This document shows, one piece after another, positions 36,078-48,963 of a stretch of 64,000 bases of DNA. The stretch covers positions 4,950,409-5,014,408 of the forward strand of contig CAVNZM010000012.1 of assembly GCA_963693365.1 (NCBI GenBank), given 5' to 3'. The DNA is from Amoebidium appalachense. Its lineage: Eukaryota; Protista; Ichthyosporea. The position numbers and the translations under genes are program-made. The notes below the pieces were generated by a model, which was given only the letters and a program-made list of their open reading frames with translations, was not told where the DNA came from and made no database searches. The stretch's first letter is position 1. Each line of letters starts with the position of its first letter.

Positions 36078-36518
36078 ACACACCCACACACACAAAACAC
36101 ATACACATGCGCAACAAAACACACACACACACTTCACTCCGTGGTGTTTCAACAGTGATCATCGTATCTTTGTTTGTTTTGTGTTTTTTTTTTTGAACTT
36201 TTGAGGTATACGTATTCACATGGACAGGGGATTTGTACCCCTGCAATATACTTGTGTGCTTGACTCCGGCCTAACGTTCGCAGAATAGCCTTGTTTTCTC
36301 TTTTCGAGTCCACACTTTTGCTTGACCCGTGTAAGGGGAATCCATGTGTGTAACATTTTGGGCGGAATTCCCCTTACGAGCTTTCCCCAGCCCCTGCCCC
36401 TCACCATACCTCCGTACAACCCCTTTTACACATCAACAAGAACGTACGCACACACATAGGGTGTGTAACACACACACACAGTGACGCGCGCAGGCACACA
36501 CGCACACGCGCACACATA

Positions 36519-36550
<32 letters not shown>

Positions 36551-36551
<1 letters not shown>

Positions 36552-36815
36552 GGCCTTTCCCACTGCCCTTGCCTGCATAAGCAACCCTGCTCGTCTCTGA
36601 TCAAGACGGGTGACCTACTCATGTTCAAGTGAAACAGTATCTGAGTTGGGTTTCGTTAACGAGGGGAATAGGTCGAAACTCGGGTACTGTGGATGACGTG
36701 GGCCCCCCCTGAGGATGGGCTCTGCTTATTATGCATACTCTTTATGTATGGCTTGCATTCTGCATCGTGTTATCCGTTTGTTCTTGTGTACTTCGTACTT
36801 TTTAACGCATTCAAA
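36551..36815 (+). repeat. Multi-hairpin dispersed repeat, copy 3 (265 bp)
   Basis: Appears identical to 34900-35164; flanked by C-runs. Confidence 0.9.
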
Positions 36816-36818
36816 CCC

Positions 36819-36849
<31 letters not shown>

Positions 36850-37045
36850 ACAAACACACATACAAAAAAAAATCACCCCATTCACAACACAAAACACACG
36901 GCGCGCGCACACACCGGCACACACATGCCTACACACCACACAATGAAAAACCCACGCAATTCAGTTTCACACACGCAAGGTTATTCACGTGGTCACCGTG
37001 GCACACACATGTGCTCCCAAACACACACATACACCCACCCCCCCC

Positions 37046-37088
<43 letters not shown>

Positions 37089-37139
37089 CCACCCACCCAC
37101 CCACCCACACACCCACACATTCACACCCACCCACCCACC

Positions 37140-37175
<36 letters not shown>

Positions 37176-37191
37176 TTCACACCCACCCACC

Positions 37192-37225
<34 letters not shown>

Positions 37226-37228
37226 TTC

Positions 37229-37259
<31 letters not shown>

Positions 37260-37436
37260 TTCACACCCACACACATTCACACCCACCCACCCACCCATAC
37301 ACACACACGTCACGCACGCGCCCATCGTGACATCGTGTGCACACACAGTCACACACACTTTGAAATAAATTTGCACACACAGGCAGGCAGGCCCGAGGCG
37401 CACACACGGGCAGTCACGGACTTTGTCCACGGGGAT

Positions 37437-37851
37437 TTATAATTGGTCCAGATCGAATCCGGTTCGATCGGCTTGCCCTTTTAAGTAATCAAGTTCTGTG
37501 TGGAGTGGAGTGGACCGACTGCAAATTGAATTTCAATTATTTATGTTTGTGGGCGACCAGCGCCCCATATACTGATTTGCATTATTATGCGAGTGACATA
37601 CTTAGCCTCAATACGTACACACTATCTGCATATCTATAGCATAAACCTCTTTTCCATGGATGCATACAGCCACATGTACAACAGAGCTATCCGGCAGAAT
37701 GTTACTTGTGGCCATAAGGCCTTAATAAACTCATCTATAAGAGACAATCCCTTACTGAATGCAGACAAATGCTTAGCGGAAAATACAGCACTAATGATAT
37801 AGCCTTCGTTCATAACAACCAGTGGCAGGTGAATGTGTGTGTGTGTGTGTG

Positions 37852-37882
<31 letters not shown>

Positions 37883-37998
37883 TGGTCTGTGTGTTTGTGT
37901 TTGTGTGTGTGTGTGTTTTTTTGCGTGTGTCCACACGCGCACGCATGCATGGACACCCTTTTTGATGGAGAGAAGACGGGTGGGCAAGGAGGGGGGAA

Positions 37999-38030
<32 letters not shown>

Positions 38031-38849
38031 ATGTCTACGTGTCACTTCTGCTTACCTACCCCATTATCCTCGCTACCAAACCGCCTGCGTTCCCACCATA
38101 CCCCACCCAACCAACCCATTGATCTACGCATTTCCACCCACACATTTTCCACACATGGAGACGCACATATTCACGCAAATCCTACCTCACCGCCCCCTGC
38201 ACCACAACCTTCGATATCGTCTTCACCACGTTATTCCCCGCATACCCCCCAACCATCCTCGCGTCCTGAAGCAGCTGGGTCGGGTTGTTCCTGTATCTCT
38301 CGTTCGCCGCGTTCTGCAAATGGGGTGCGGCCGCTTGTAGAACAGCCTGTTCCGCAGTTGGGGGAGGTGGGTCGCTGCTCTGGCCCGTAGCTTTTGCGGT
38401 CTGTATGGGTGGGATGATACCGCTGGATTGGATCTTATTTGGGGACCAGCCCACGCGGAAGGTCACGGTGGCGTTTGGCTGCAGGAAGCTACTGGCAAGG
38501 CGGAGATAATAGCCCCTGGCCGCTTGCTGCACACTGAAATAGGGGGGTGGGACGTGGTAACCAACCCACCCATTTATTAAAGGGAGTTCTCTTTCTAAGG
38601 AATACGGGCCGGGTCAGATCCGAAAGAATTTTACGCGTGATGCGCATCAATCAAACTGTGTTTGGCCTGACCCGAAAAATGGCCCATAACTCGGTTTAAA
38701 GGAAACCCCCCTCAAACATTAAGGTAGTAGTAAACCCTAGCCCCATGCTGCACACTGAAACAAAAGGTAGGATATGAGTAACCAGCCCCCTTCTTTCCCC
38801 CTCACCCCCACCTCCCTTCCCTCCCCCCCCCCCCACCTCCCCTCCCCCC

Positions 38850-38880
<31 letters not shown>

Positions 38881-39286
38881 AAAAAAAAAAAAAAAAGCCC
38901 AAACCCATCACCCCTTCAACTCACCCCCACCCCTTACCCTCTCTCTCACTTCCCCCCCCCCCCCCAAAACCCCCCCTCCCCGTCTCCTCCCCCCGGCTCC
39001 CCTCCATCCCCATTTTGAATATCGACCGGCCGAGACCATCATCCCCCACCACCTCCTCATCCCCCCCTCCCCTTGCCCCACCAAACCCTTGCCCCCCCCC
39101 CCCCTTCCCCTCCCCGGCATCTCCCCCCCTCCCCCCCACCACCACCACCACCACACAACAACAACAACCAAACATAAAAAAAGACATTTCAGCCCCCACC
39201 CAGCCAACCCCTATCAATTGTTCTCCCACCAACGTGTACGTGTACGATTCATACATTGTTAAGTTAGGCCAGCACCCCCCCCCCCC

Positions 39287-39317
<31 letters not shown>

Positions 39318-39760
39318 CCACACACCAACACAAAAAAAAGAAAAAAGAAAAAAGGAAAAAGAAAAAAATCTCGCCTTCGCGGTAGAAGTACGTGTGTATG
39401 TGTGTGGTGGTTAGGTTTGTGTATGAGTGTGGTGGGGGTTTTTATGTACCTGACTGAATATCCCGAATATCTGCAGGACTCTAGAATGATGCTGTCTCCA
39501 AATTTCACCTGTGGGGGGGGGTTCAATTGTGGCATATGGTGCAAAATAGCTCATTCCGTGTTTGAACACATCTCATCGTCTATTCTAACCTGACGGAACC
39601 CCCTCCCCCCTCCCCCCTCCCCCCTCCCCCCCCCCCCCCCCCCCCCCCCAAAAAAAAAGACACACACACACACAGCAACAAAAACAGCAGATATCGACAG
39701 ATTCAGACAAGTCTATGCTCACGCACAAGTTCTTATTCAAGGCAACAAAGGCGGGAGGAC

Positions 39761-39835
<75 letters not shown>

Positions 39836-39886
39836 AACACACACAAGCCTCCCCCCCCCCGCCTCCCCCCCCCCTTTCGCCCCCCC

Positions 39887-39917
<31 letters not shown>

Positions 39918-40172
39918 AAAAGGGGGGGGGGGGGGAAGCCACACAGGCACCCACGCCCACACACACACACAACCAACTACCTCCCCACCACGCACACACT
40001 TACACACATGCTTACACTACACAACCACACATGCGCGCACACTGCCAAGCCAACCCACCCACCCATCCACCCACATGCATGTGAACCGATCCCTGCCCAT
40101 TACCCCCATCACCATCCCCAGCAACACGCGGACATAAACAGGCACGCGCGCGCACACACACACAAGCAGGCA

Positions 40173-40203
<31 letters not shown>

Positions 40204-42568
40204 AAGAACCCCTTCCCCCCCCCCCCCCCTCCCCACCCACCCACCCACCCACCCACCCACCCACCCATTCACAAAAACACCCCACATACCCAACCATTAA
40301 CCCCCCCCCCCCCCCCCCGCACACACACACACACACACACGTACACACCTGTGCACCCTTCTTTGCATTGCTATCCGCACTGTGGATGGTAAACACGTTC
40401 TCCCCCTGCAGAGTGGCACCTATGTCGGGTACCTCCTGGCTAAACTGCATCCAACCAATCAAATTTGTCGCCCGGAGGTATTTGCCCCCGTCCACCCATC
40501 CCCATAGCAGCACCTGTGCGGGTAAGCAAAAAAACCAAATCAGTAAATACTTTTAGACCTTTAAAACATTAGAAGTCTTAAATATCAAAAAGAGCCCCAT
40601 CCACGGCCAAGACACTGCCAGCGCGCAACCTAATACTGAATAAAGTGAGAGACCGTTCAAGTAATCCTCATCGAGAGCAGAGAGAAAACGGGGGGCGGAA
40701 GGAGGGGGGGGGGGGGGGGGGGGGGGGGTAAGAAAGTGTATCTCTTTGCACCGAAAAAACCAGTTTATATTCAGAATTAGAGGCTAGATTAGAAAAGCTG
40801 CCTGGGTCATCGCTTTATACATGAGGCAAACATGTGTTTGTGAGGGCGATGATGGGTGCGCGCACACAGAAAAAGAGGACTCCAAAAAAGGGTACCGCTG
40901 CCTATGATGCGGCAAGAGCCAGGGGCTCGGGGGGACGGGAGGGAGGAAGGGGGGGGGGGGGGGGGGAGGGGGGGAGGGAGAATGCGGAACACAGTACGAA
41001 ATACCAACTACACGGTGAGAAACACGGTACATGTGAAGCAGGCCCCGGGAGGGGGGGGGGGGGGGGGGGGAGGGGGGTTTGTGGAGAGAGGGAAGAAGGG
41101 GAGGGGAGGGAGGGGATTCGTCTCCCCCCCAGAGGAGGCAGGGGAGGGGGGGGGGGGGGAGGGGGGGGGGAGAGGGGGGTTAAAATCCGGAACACGTTAA
41201 GAGGTACAACTACACGACGAGAATCACGTTGCATGTGAGGGGGCCGCCGTAAATGCAACGTTTTTGGGTCGTATACAGCCCCTGGGCCTGGGGCGCAGGG
41301 GGGGGGGGGGGGGGGTTTGGGTTAAGGTTGGGTTGGGGTTTCATGGCTATATAGGAAAATGCACAGCGGAGCCTTAAAAAAAAATCCTAGCCTGTGGGGA
41401 CAGAGGAAGCACACCTTATCGCCATAGCACACACGCAGGTCGTTAGGGTCTCTACTGGTGGCCGCATCAACTATTCTGTTGAGTATGCCCCTGTTCTCCT
41501 CTATCACCTTGGCAAAACAGAGATCCGTGCGCTCATGTTTTGCTTGCTTGACGAGCCGTGCGTAGTGCGCGCTCTTGCGCGTTGCAACGTGTTCATACTC
41601 GCACTTGGCTGTCCACCTGAAAAAGAGAAACCGAGATGAGAAAGCTTGGCAATCACATCATCGACAAGGAGTGAAAATAGACAGTGCGGTGATTGGGGCC
41701 ACGACTTAACATAAAAACGTAAGTAGTCAGAAACCAGGACCTGCTTAGCAATCACAGAAATAGGGCTCAGAAAACCCCCGCCAAGCAAAGAATACGAATG
41801 CTGCGTGGAGCATCATCAGGATAATGTGGGCGCAACAGCTGACAATCTAACATGACGGGCGTACTGAGCACCATTAAACAAAAAGGAAAAGTCCATCCAA
41901 GGACATGTGTTTCGTGCGGAAGGCAAAAACCAGCAGAGGCAGCAGTGATGTAATGAACCTTTAAAGCAGAGCACCAATCTTCGTAGTGCTAACAATCCAA
42001 TTGACCCAGCGGTCTGTCTATCCTCCGTGTCTTTTTAACCAGGTCCGAATCCAACCCCACATTCTCCTTCTAGATCTAACGGTCCGCATCCCCACCCAGT
42101 CGCATTTCTATACACAAATACCTGCTTAGCACAACGCTGACATTCACCCCCGGGAGCAGCATCAATGATAACAACCACCCACGAACGTGTCCTCCTGACC
42201 GGTTGGTTGCTTGCAATGCACCTTTTAAGTCTAATCCATTCATCTTCTTACGAGCGATCTATCCACACCACCAGACCGACAACCCACACCTCTCCCCCCT
42301 TCCGTTTCCAGCTACAACTTCTTCCCCCCTTCTCTCCCTCTCCCAACCTCCCAACCCTCCCCCCCCCCCCCCCCCCCCCCCTTTCATACACAGACAACCC
42401 TACAAGGCATGTTTTTTGATAGTTTTCTTACCTCCTTCCATCAGGTGCATACAAAACGAAGAACGTCTGTCCATACGTCAGGCCGGCCTCCTCCTTTGGT
42501 GCCCCTGGCCCTGAGCGGCTAGTGCTGCCACCCCCTCCGCCAGTGAACGTGTTTCTAAGGAAATCCAT
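37437..42568 (-). CDS. Hypothetical protein with three (L/V)x(Y/F)G(D/Q)xxxL motifs, possibly a beta-trefoil
   Basis: Exons 42568-42432 (MDFLRN..LTYGQTFFVL), 42221-42122, an exon ending at 41415 (..RVCYGDK; its acceptor is ambiguous), 40513-40349, 39508-39450 (VKFGDSIIL) and 38533-38186, with a tentative last exon 37518-37437. Phases are consistent from 41415 onward. Confidence 0.62.
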
Positions 42569-43422
42569 GGTTGCTATAAAACTAACGGCCTTGCATGATC
42601 CTGTGTAATGTGGCTTGGATCTGGAGATTCAATTTCAGATGCAGGGAGCTGACCACTCGAAATGTAGTAGGAGAATGCGGTAGAATTCACCGCCGCTTGT
42701 TTTGCAACCGGCCACACGCTATCTCTGATACTACAACAGCTGAAAATATTAACAATAACTCAATACCATGAACAAAAGTCCTTATAAGATGAAAGATTGG
42801 ACCAACAACATGACTATTTCAGTGAACACCGGAAAAAGGCGCGATGGGCAAAATGGAACATGGAAACCAAAAATGGTCCTGTTTTTGAACCCTTGATGAC
42901 TAATTTACAATGGTTCGTCTCCAATAAGAATCTTATCAGATAGTGAATATGGGGTGACGTTTGTAGACTACTTGTGAGCCACTCCGCAAAAAAAGACGGG
43001 CGTCACAGTCACAGACAAGCGAGACAGACTGAAAGAGAGGGACATGCAAGCACTGTTGACAAGACCAAGTGATAGATAGATGCTGCCTACTATTGATGGG
43101 AACACGCTCACGCTGCATTAATACGTAACTGCCTTTGTACAAACAAGCTGAACCTTTGAGCACCGTGCACGACGCGATACCCAGACACATCCCCGCACAC
43201 CCAGCACACCCTAGCGCATTTAGCTGAGCGAAAACGCCATCACCATCGGCTTCCTTTCGTACCGATTCCCGAGGCCCTGCCTTTTCATATCTGCTCTTAG
43301 GCCATAAAGCGCCGCTTTCCACTTCTACCGACCCACCGCTCTACCGGGCAGCGGGCAGCAGTTTTGCATCCCCAGTGCTGATTTTTAACGGATATTTTCC
43401 CTTTGTTTTTCACACTTTCAAC
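42569..43422. promoter_or_regulatory. Putative bidirectional promoter and 5' UTR region
   Basis: About 850 bp free of microsatellites, lying between two divergent ATGs (42568 on -, 43423 on +). Confidence 0.45.
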
Positions 43423-43674
43423 ATGGGCAACCTCGTTTCTGGAGTGTGCCCTTGTGCCTTTGATGGGTCTTCAGACCAAGACCGCCTAGTTCAGCCGAGC
43501 GAAGAGGAACGCAGGCGCGTGCTTGCAGAGAGGGCCCAGAAACGGGCGGAAGAGATGGAAAAGAAGGGCATCAAGAAAGTGAAGTCTGTGCGTGCCAAGC
43601 AGGCAAAGGCAAAGGCTGCTGAGGAAATGGGAAACATGGGCGAGGGGGGAATGAGATGGCAGGTGGGGCTCTGA
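43423..43674 (+). CDS. SVIP: Small VCP/p97-interacting protein
   Basis: 83-aa intronless ORF: MGNLVSGVCPC (myristoylation Gly plus Cys), EEERRRVLAERAQKR (VIM-like), KKGIKKVKSV and C-terminal EGGMRWQVG, matching the recalled SVIP layout (..RGILDVQSV..EGGLRWTVS). Confidence 0.88.
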   Translation: MGNLVSGVCPCAFDGSSDQDRLVQPSEEERRRVLAERAQKRAEEMEKKGIKKVKSVRAKQAKAKAAEEMGNMGEGGMRWQVGL

Positions 43675-44173
43675 ACATCACCTGTGAATGCATGATACAC
43701 AGTTGCACGGAGACGGTGTTGTTTCATGGATAGAGTCGTGGAAGGTCTGTGCAAAAAGGCACAGTTTTTACACTTGCCCGTTACTTGTACTTAATCTGTT
43801 GTACTTGTAGGTTGGACACAAGGGGAAAATCGTTATTGTGGTTGCTAGCGGGGTGAATTAAGGACTTTTTTTTATTTTTTCCCCCCTTGCCTGCTGATTT
43901 GGAACCTGCACCGGCTAGTATGCTAGTGTAAATGTATCCAGAAGAGTGGAGTTACACTTCAGAACACGATGACCAACATCAGCCATCATGACCACACCAG
44001 CAGGCACTGAAACAGAAAGAATCATGTATATGTACTATAATGAGCAGTTAGCCTACTTTATGTTGTGGTACTTCTTTCCACCCCGCTTTGCTTACACGAT
44101 GATAAAGGTAGTAGATGGCTTGGCAATACTTATCATGTTATTGGAGCATTTTCGAGTTTTCTTGAGTGGTAAA

Positions 44174-44206
<33 letters not shown>

Positions 44207-44954
44207 GGTTGGTAGGAGAGGGAGGGAGGGGGGAGGAGGAGGGGTAAGTTTGGGCCCGGGAAGGAGGGAATTTGCCTGAAGGGGAAAGGGGAGCTTTCAA
44301 GTATTAATATTAGGGGTGCTTGTGAGCGTGTATGGGGAAAATGGCTTGGAAAATATGGCAACGAGAGAAATATAATATACCGACGTGTAGCAACAACATA
44401 TATAGCCTAACGCTAGTGCCGGGTTTGAAATCCCCTGATATGGTGCCCGTGAAGCTGTCGCGGATTTATTTTTTATAAAAACTTGATTGATTTTTTCGTC
44501 AAAATAGAAGCAACCGAGTTATCACAGATATCTCACGGTAGGGGGCCCCCCGGCAGATTCGGCCTTCTTCCACAACCGGGCCGTTTGGTTGGCTGGCGCG
44601 GGGCCGGGGTTACGTAAGGCGGTGGGGTCGGGGGAGGCCAGACCACGATATGGAGGTTTGGGGGGAGGCCTGCGCAGGGCCTTACGTAAGCCTTACGTAA
44701 GGCGGTCAGGCGGGGGCGGGCGCTAGGTAGAGCACGATACGGAAGGCGTGGGTCTGGGGAGGTTTATGTGGCGAATCGGGCTGCGCGGTTGTGAAACTTG
44801 CGCTAATGACGTCGTCAGTAGGGAACCAGTCAGATTCTTCGGTCGTGGAAGTTGCAGAAGTGGCCTCGTGAGCCGTGATAGTGAACCAGTCGGAGGGCCC
44901 GGTTGTGAAAGTTAGCTAATGAGCGTTAATTACACCTGTAGCTTGCACAACCGG

Positions 44955-45400
44955 GCGATACCATTGGGTAGTGGTTTGAAGTTTTATGATTGGATAAAAA
45001 CCATTCAATCCTTTTGGCGGGTATATATAAACGTAGATCTGGGGGTAGTATATAATGCAGCAACACGATATTTGACGCTCAGTTTTTATAATGCCGCCGA
45101 AGCGAAGCAGAGCAAAGCAGAAGAAAGTTGTACAGCCTCCTTGTGGTACTAGTGAATATGCAGTTGCGAGCATAAGCCTGAACATAACCAATGCGGGTGG
45201 GAATGTGCGATACCATTTGGTAGGCCTTTTGAATGAAATGGTTGGGTAGGAATCACGGTATTTGTCTTAGCGGCTAGTGGAGAGGTATAAAAAGGGTGAA
45301 CACGATATCGTCGATCACTTTGTGACGCAGCGCGGTGTGGAGCAGGGTACTCAGAAGAAAGCTGTCTGGAGCGAGCCTTTTTCTTGTTAGTACTGCATAA
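44955..45400 (+). promoter_or_regulatory. Two diverged tandem units, each with a TATA box and an Inr-like motif
   Basis: TATATAAT at 45049 with TCAGTT at 45079, and TATAAAAA at 45286 with TCACTT at 45315. Shared blocks GCGATACCATT.GGTAG, AACACGATAT and CAGAAGAAAG.TGT; period about 252 bp. Confidence 0.5.
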
Positions 45401-46488
45401 CAGTCAAACTCGAGTGTGGATATCTTTGAACACGAGTAGGAGGTTTCCTCTTTGTCGAAGTACTGTTTGTTGTTTTTTTGACAAATAGTATGTTAAGATA
45501 GTCGCAGAAGTTCTTTCTTTTTACAATTTTTTTATTGCGGACTGCGGCTCAGAGGAGCTGTCAATGTTAGGCACCTCATAGAATTATGGTCGGATCATTT
45601 TTCGAAGCTTGGTGAACATGAATTATTGGCGGCAACTGATCTGAGTGCGAGGTGATGGCGCTTCAAGCTGAGATTGGTCAGGGCCGGAATCGGATCCCTG
45701 ACAGGTGCATTGTGGGTCGAAAGACGTAGGGCTACCTTTCGTAAAAACGGTTTTTTGCAGTTTCCTTATATGGCTAATCGGATCGAACCGGATTCGATCT
45801 GGACCAATCATAAATACCCCTTGGCAGAGTTTCTCGTTACGACACGTAGGGCTACCTTTGCGTATCTTACCATATCAATATGGAGAAAATGAAAACATAC
45901 TATGCTGGTCGGTTCTCACAGAAGTGCCTTGGGACTGCGCCCCCCCCTTCCCCCCCCCCCCCCCCCCCCTCCCTCCCTCCCTCCCTCCCCCCCCCCCCCC
46001 TTCCCCCCCCCCCCCTTCTTTCTTGTTTTCCTGGGCCTCCTTTTTCACTGAGGACTGAATGGGCAGCAGGGAAAGAGTGTGACGTGTTTGTGGCAACATA
46101 TCAAAGGAAGAGTTGGCCGTAGAGCAATAAAACAAATAAAAAGTAGGAATGTCGCAAAAATGAAAAAACTATGTATGGACCAATAATTTTTGCGCGATCG
46201 CAAGATCAGCCAAATATGGCAATTTGGGCCGGAAGTTTTTGCGCAGAAAAAAAAAGTTTTTATAAAAAACAAATAAAAATGTAGGAATATATGTGTGTTT
46301 GTGTGCTTGTTGCTAGGATTGTACTTAATTACTCTTAGCTGATAATGATATGCGACTGAGGTGCACCAAAAAAGCCTTCGCACCAGTTTTCACCAGCAGT
46401 ACGGAATGGTGTCACGCCTATCTATGTGAGTATGTGGTGGTAAATTCCAAGATGGTATATATGTGGGGGATGCTAATATTAGTAGTCC

Positions 46489-46539
<51 letters not shown>

Positions 46540-46844
46540 AATACATCTACACGCCATTTCTACCCTCCGTCCCTCCCCCCCCCCTCCCCCCCCCTCCCCC
46601 TCCCCCCCCCCCCTCCCCCCAAACCCCCCCTCCCCCCCGCCGCGCCCCGCCTGGCCGCCCACCCTCTCCCTACGTCCACCCTTCTGCTGTTCCCGTCTAC
46701 ATTTTGTGGGTGACTCTGAGGAATTGAACGATTTACCGAGAGGCCGTGGCATTCTCCAGCCCTCCCAGCTGCAGGCGCGAGAGTATTCAGAATCTTCATG
46801 AGCGCGTTCATATATCAATATTAGAAGACTGTCTCCACTCACTC

Positions 46845-47590
46845 TTTTCGCATTATCTGATCGAGCTTTGAATATCGGTGGGTGGAGGTGGTAGTAATTT
46901 CAGCTTTCAAAGTCCCCCCCCCCCCCCCCCCCCCCCCCCTAATAATGGGATCATCGCGATCAGGGGGGGGGGGGGGGGGTGTTAATTGTGATCCCTGTAC
47001 GCGTGTGTAATATTTTTTTATTTTCTTTTTTTTTTTTATAATGACTTTATTGATATGCTCAGCAAAATAGAAGCCATCGAGATATCACCAATATCTCGGA
47101 GAAGAAAATACAAAAGCCCTCACTCTCGGATACGGAGGAGATAATGACTTAAATAATCATACACCCTAGAAAACTCGTTAAACATACCGTGGTTCAACAG
47201 ATAGTCAATACTAGACGTAATATCAGGATTATCTAAATAAGCCAGTCTTCTAATTTCTAACGGAATAATCTGAGACAAATAAATACATCTATCTAAGTGT
47301 TTACGAGAAAAAGGTTCTGCACAAAAGTGGCACAAACATTTATGGAAACAAAGGTTACAGCGCCAAAATAAACATTTCCAAGCTATATCACAAGGAGAGG
47401 TTAGAATTGCAAAATCGGTAAGTGTGGTAGGTTTACGAGAGGAAGGATAATTATAAGTAGCTAATTTACACAACGATTGTAAAGAAAATAGACGAGTCTC
47501 TAATATAAAAAGAAGCGCAGGCTTTTTTCTTTTGACTGGATTTTTCAACCGAGATCTGAGATTCATGATACTGTACACAGTTTCAAAGTT
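46845..47590 (-). mobile_element. 5'-truncated non-LTR retrotransposon 3' end (C-terminal zinc-knuckle ORF fragment plus 3' UTR)
   Basis: AT-rich ORF ending at 47120 (..DFAIL..KCLFWRCN..CHFCAEPFSRKHLDRC..IDYLLN..RVYDYLSHYLLRIRE*). The CxxC..H...C motif resembles LINE ORF2 C-termini, and the tail recurs at 48461-48822. Confidence 0.68.
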
Positions 47591-48075
47591 TGGTATAGAG
47601 CTGGCTAGCCCAATGTTTTCCGCGCATGATATCCACAGTGAGTATACCCAAATTTCGCCCATAGCTATAGAAGGTGGCAGGGATGACATGCATTTGGGGT
47701 AGGGTTCGAATTCTGGGCCGAGAGGCGGGGGGGTAGAGTGGGAGGGGGGAGGGGGGAGGGGGGGGGGGGAGGGGGGCGGGGGGGGAGATTTATTGTCTCG
47801 TTTTGGCAAATTGCAAAGCGCACAAGTTATTTACATAAGCACATTCACAAAGGACAACACATTGTCAAAAGCAAGTAGTGTAAAGAGAGAAGACACAAAG
47901 TATGCGTTACCAAGTCATCAGCAGATCGAGGGGGGAGGGGGGTGGGGGGGGGGGGGGGGGGGGTCCTATAGAATTAGCACGTGCCATCATGATATCCGGA
48001 TCCGGAGTACGAAATAAATCACATGATCCATGATGAACAACGGCATGCACAAGGCGAATTAATTTTGCAAACATA

Positions 48076-48106
<31 letters not shown>

Positions 48107-48114
48107 CTTGGGGG

Positions 48115-48172
<58 letters not shown>

Positions 48173-48188
48173 TTAGCACATGGTCGTC

Positions 48189-48726
48189 TTAAGGTAGCTG
48201 GAATCATGGAATTGCGGCGATCGGTCTCCGGGCCAAATTCATATGAAATATAGGGTTACATCGAGAGCAAAAAGGTACACCAATTATGCGCTAGAGCTAT
48301 AATTCTTGCATGATAATTATGTAAATAGTGTTTTCTTCAAACATTCAGTACAGAAAAATTATAACTCAATTGGTTCAGCGTCAGCGACCGAAAAACCAAC
48401 TGCATTAAATCTGGTACGTTTTACATAGTCTAAAACGTACCAGATTTGGTGCAGTTGGTGTATGATTATTTAAGTCATTATCTCCTCCGTATCCGAGAGT
48501 GAGGGCTTTTGTATTTTCTTCTCCGAGATATCGGTGATATCTCGATGGCTTCTATTTTGCTGAGCATATCAATAAAGTCATTTTAAAAAAAAAAATTAAA
48601 AAAAATAAAAAAAATATATATATATATATATTACACACGCGTACAGGGATCGCAATTAACAACCCCCCCTCCCCCTTGATCGCGATGGTCCCAATATTAA
48701 ATATTAGGGTGGGTGGGTGGGTGGGT

Positions 48727-48757
<31 letters not shown>

Positions 48758-48963
48758 TTGAAAGCTGAAATTACTACCACCTCCACCCACCGATATTCAA
48801 AGCTCGATCAGATAATGCGAAAATTTGGTGCAGTTGGTGCAAAAATTATAGCTCTAGCGCATTATTGGTGTACCTTTTTGGAGAGTCTTGATGTAACCCT
48901 GTTTTTCATATGAATTTGGCCCGGAGACCGATAGCCGCAATTCCATGGTTTCATCCTCGTTAA
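48189..48963. mobile_element. TTAA-flanked palindromic (foldback/MITE-like) element
   Basis: Arms 48193-48310 and 48838-48959 are reverse complements, with a central hairpin at 48396-48459 and TTAA at both outer ends. Confidence 0.78.
48461..48822 (+). mobile_element. Second copy of the LINE 3' tail, with a 17-bp target-site duplication
   Basis: Reverse complement of ~46846-47161; flanked by ATTTGGTGCAGTTGGTG at 48444-48460 and 48823-48839. Confidence 0.82.

Noticed and set aside
44380-44440. tRNA-derived SINE head (GGGTTTGAAATCCCC); similar motif at ~47701
   Set aside because: Isolated B-box-like words without a convincing A box, stems or second copy.
48110-48172. Long G/C homopolymers as specific G-quadruplex elements
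   Set aside because: They are ubiquitous across the window, and their lengths may be distorted by sequencing.
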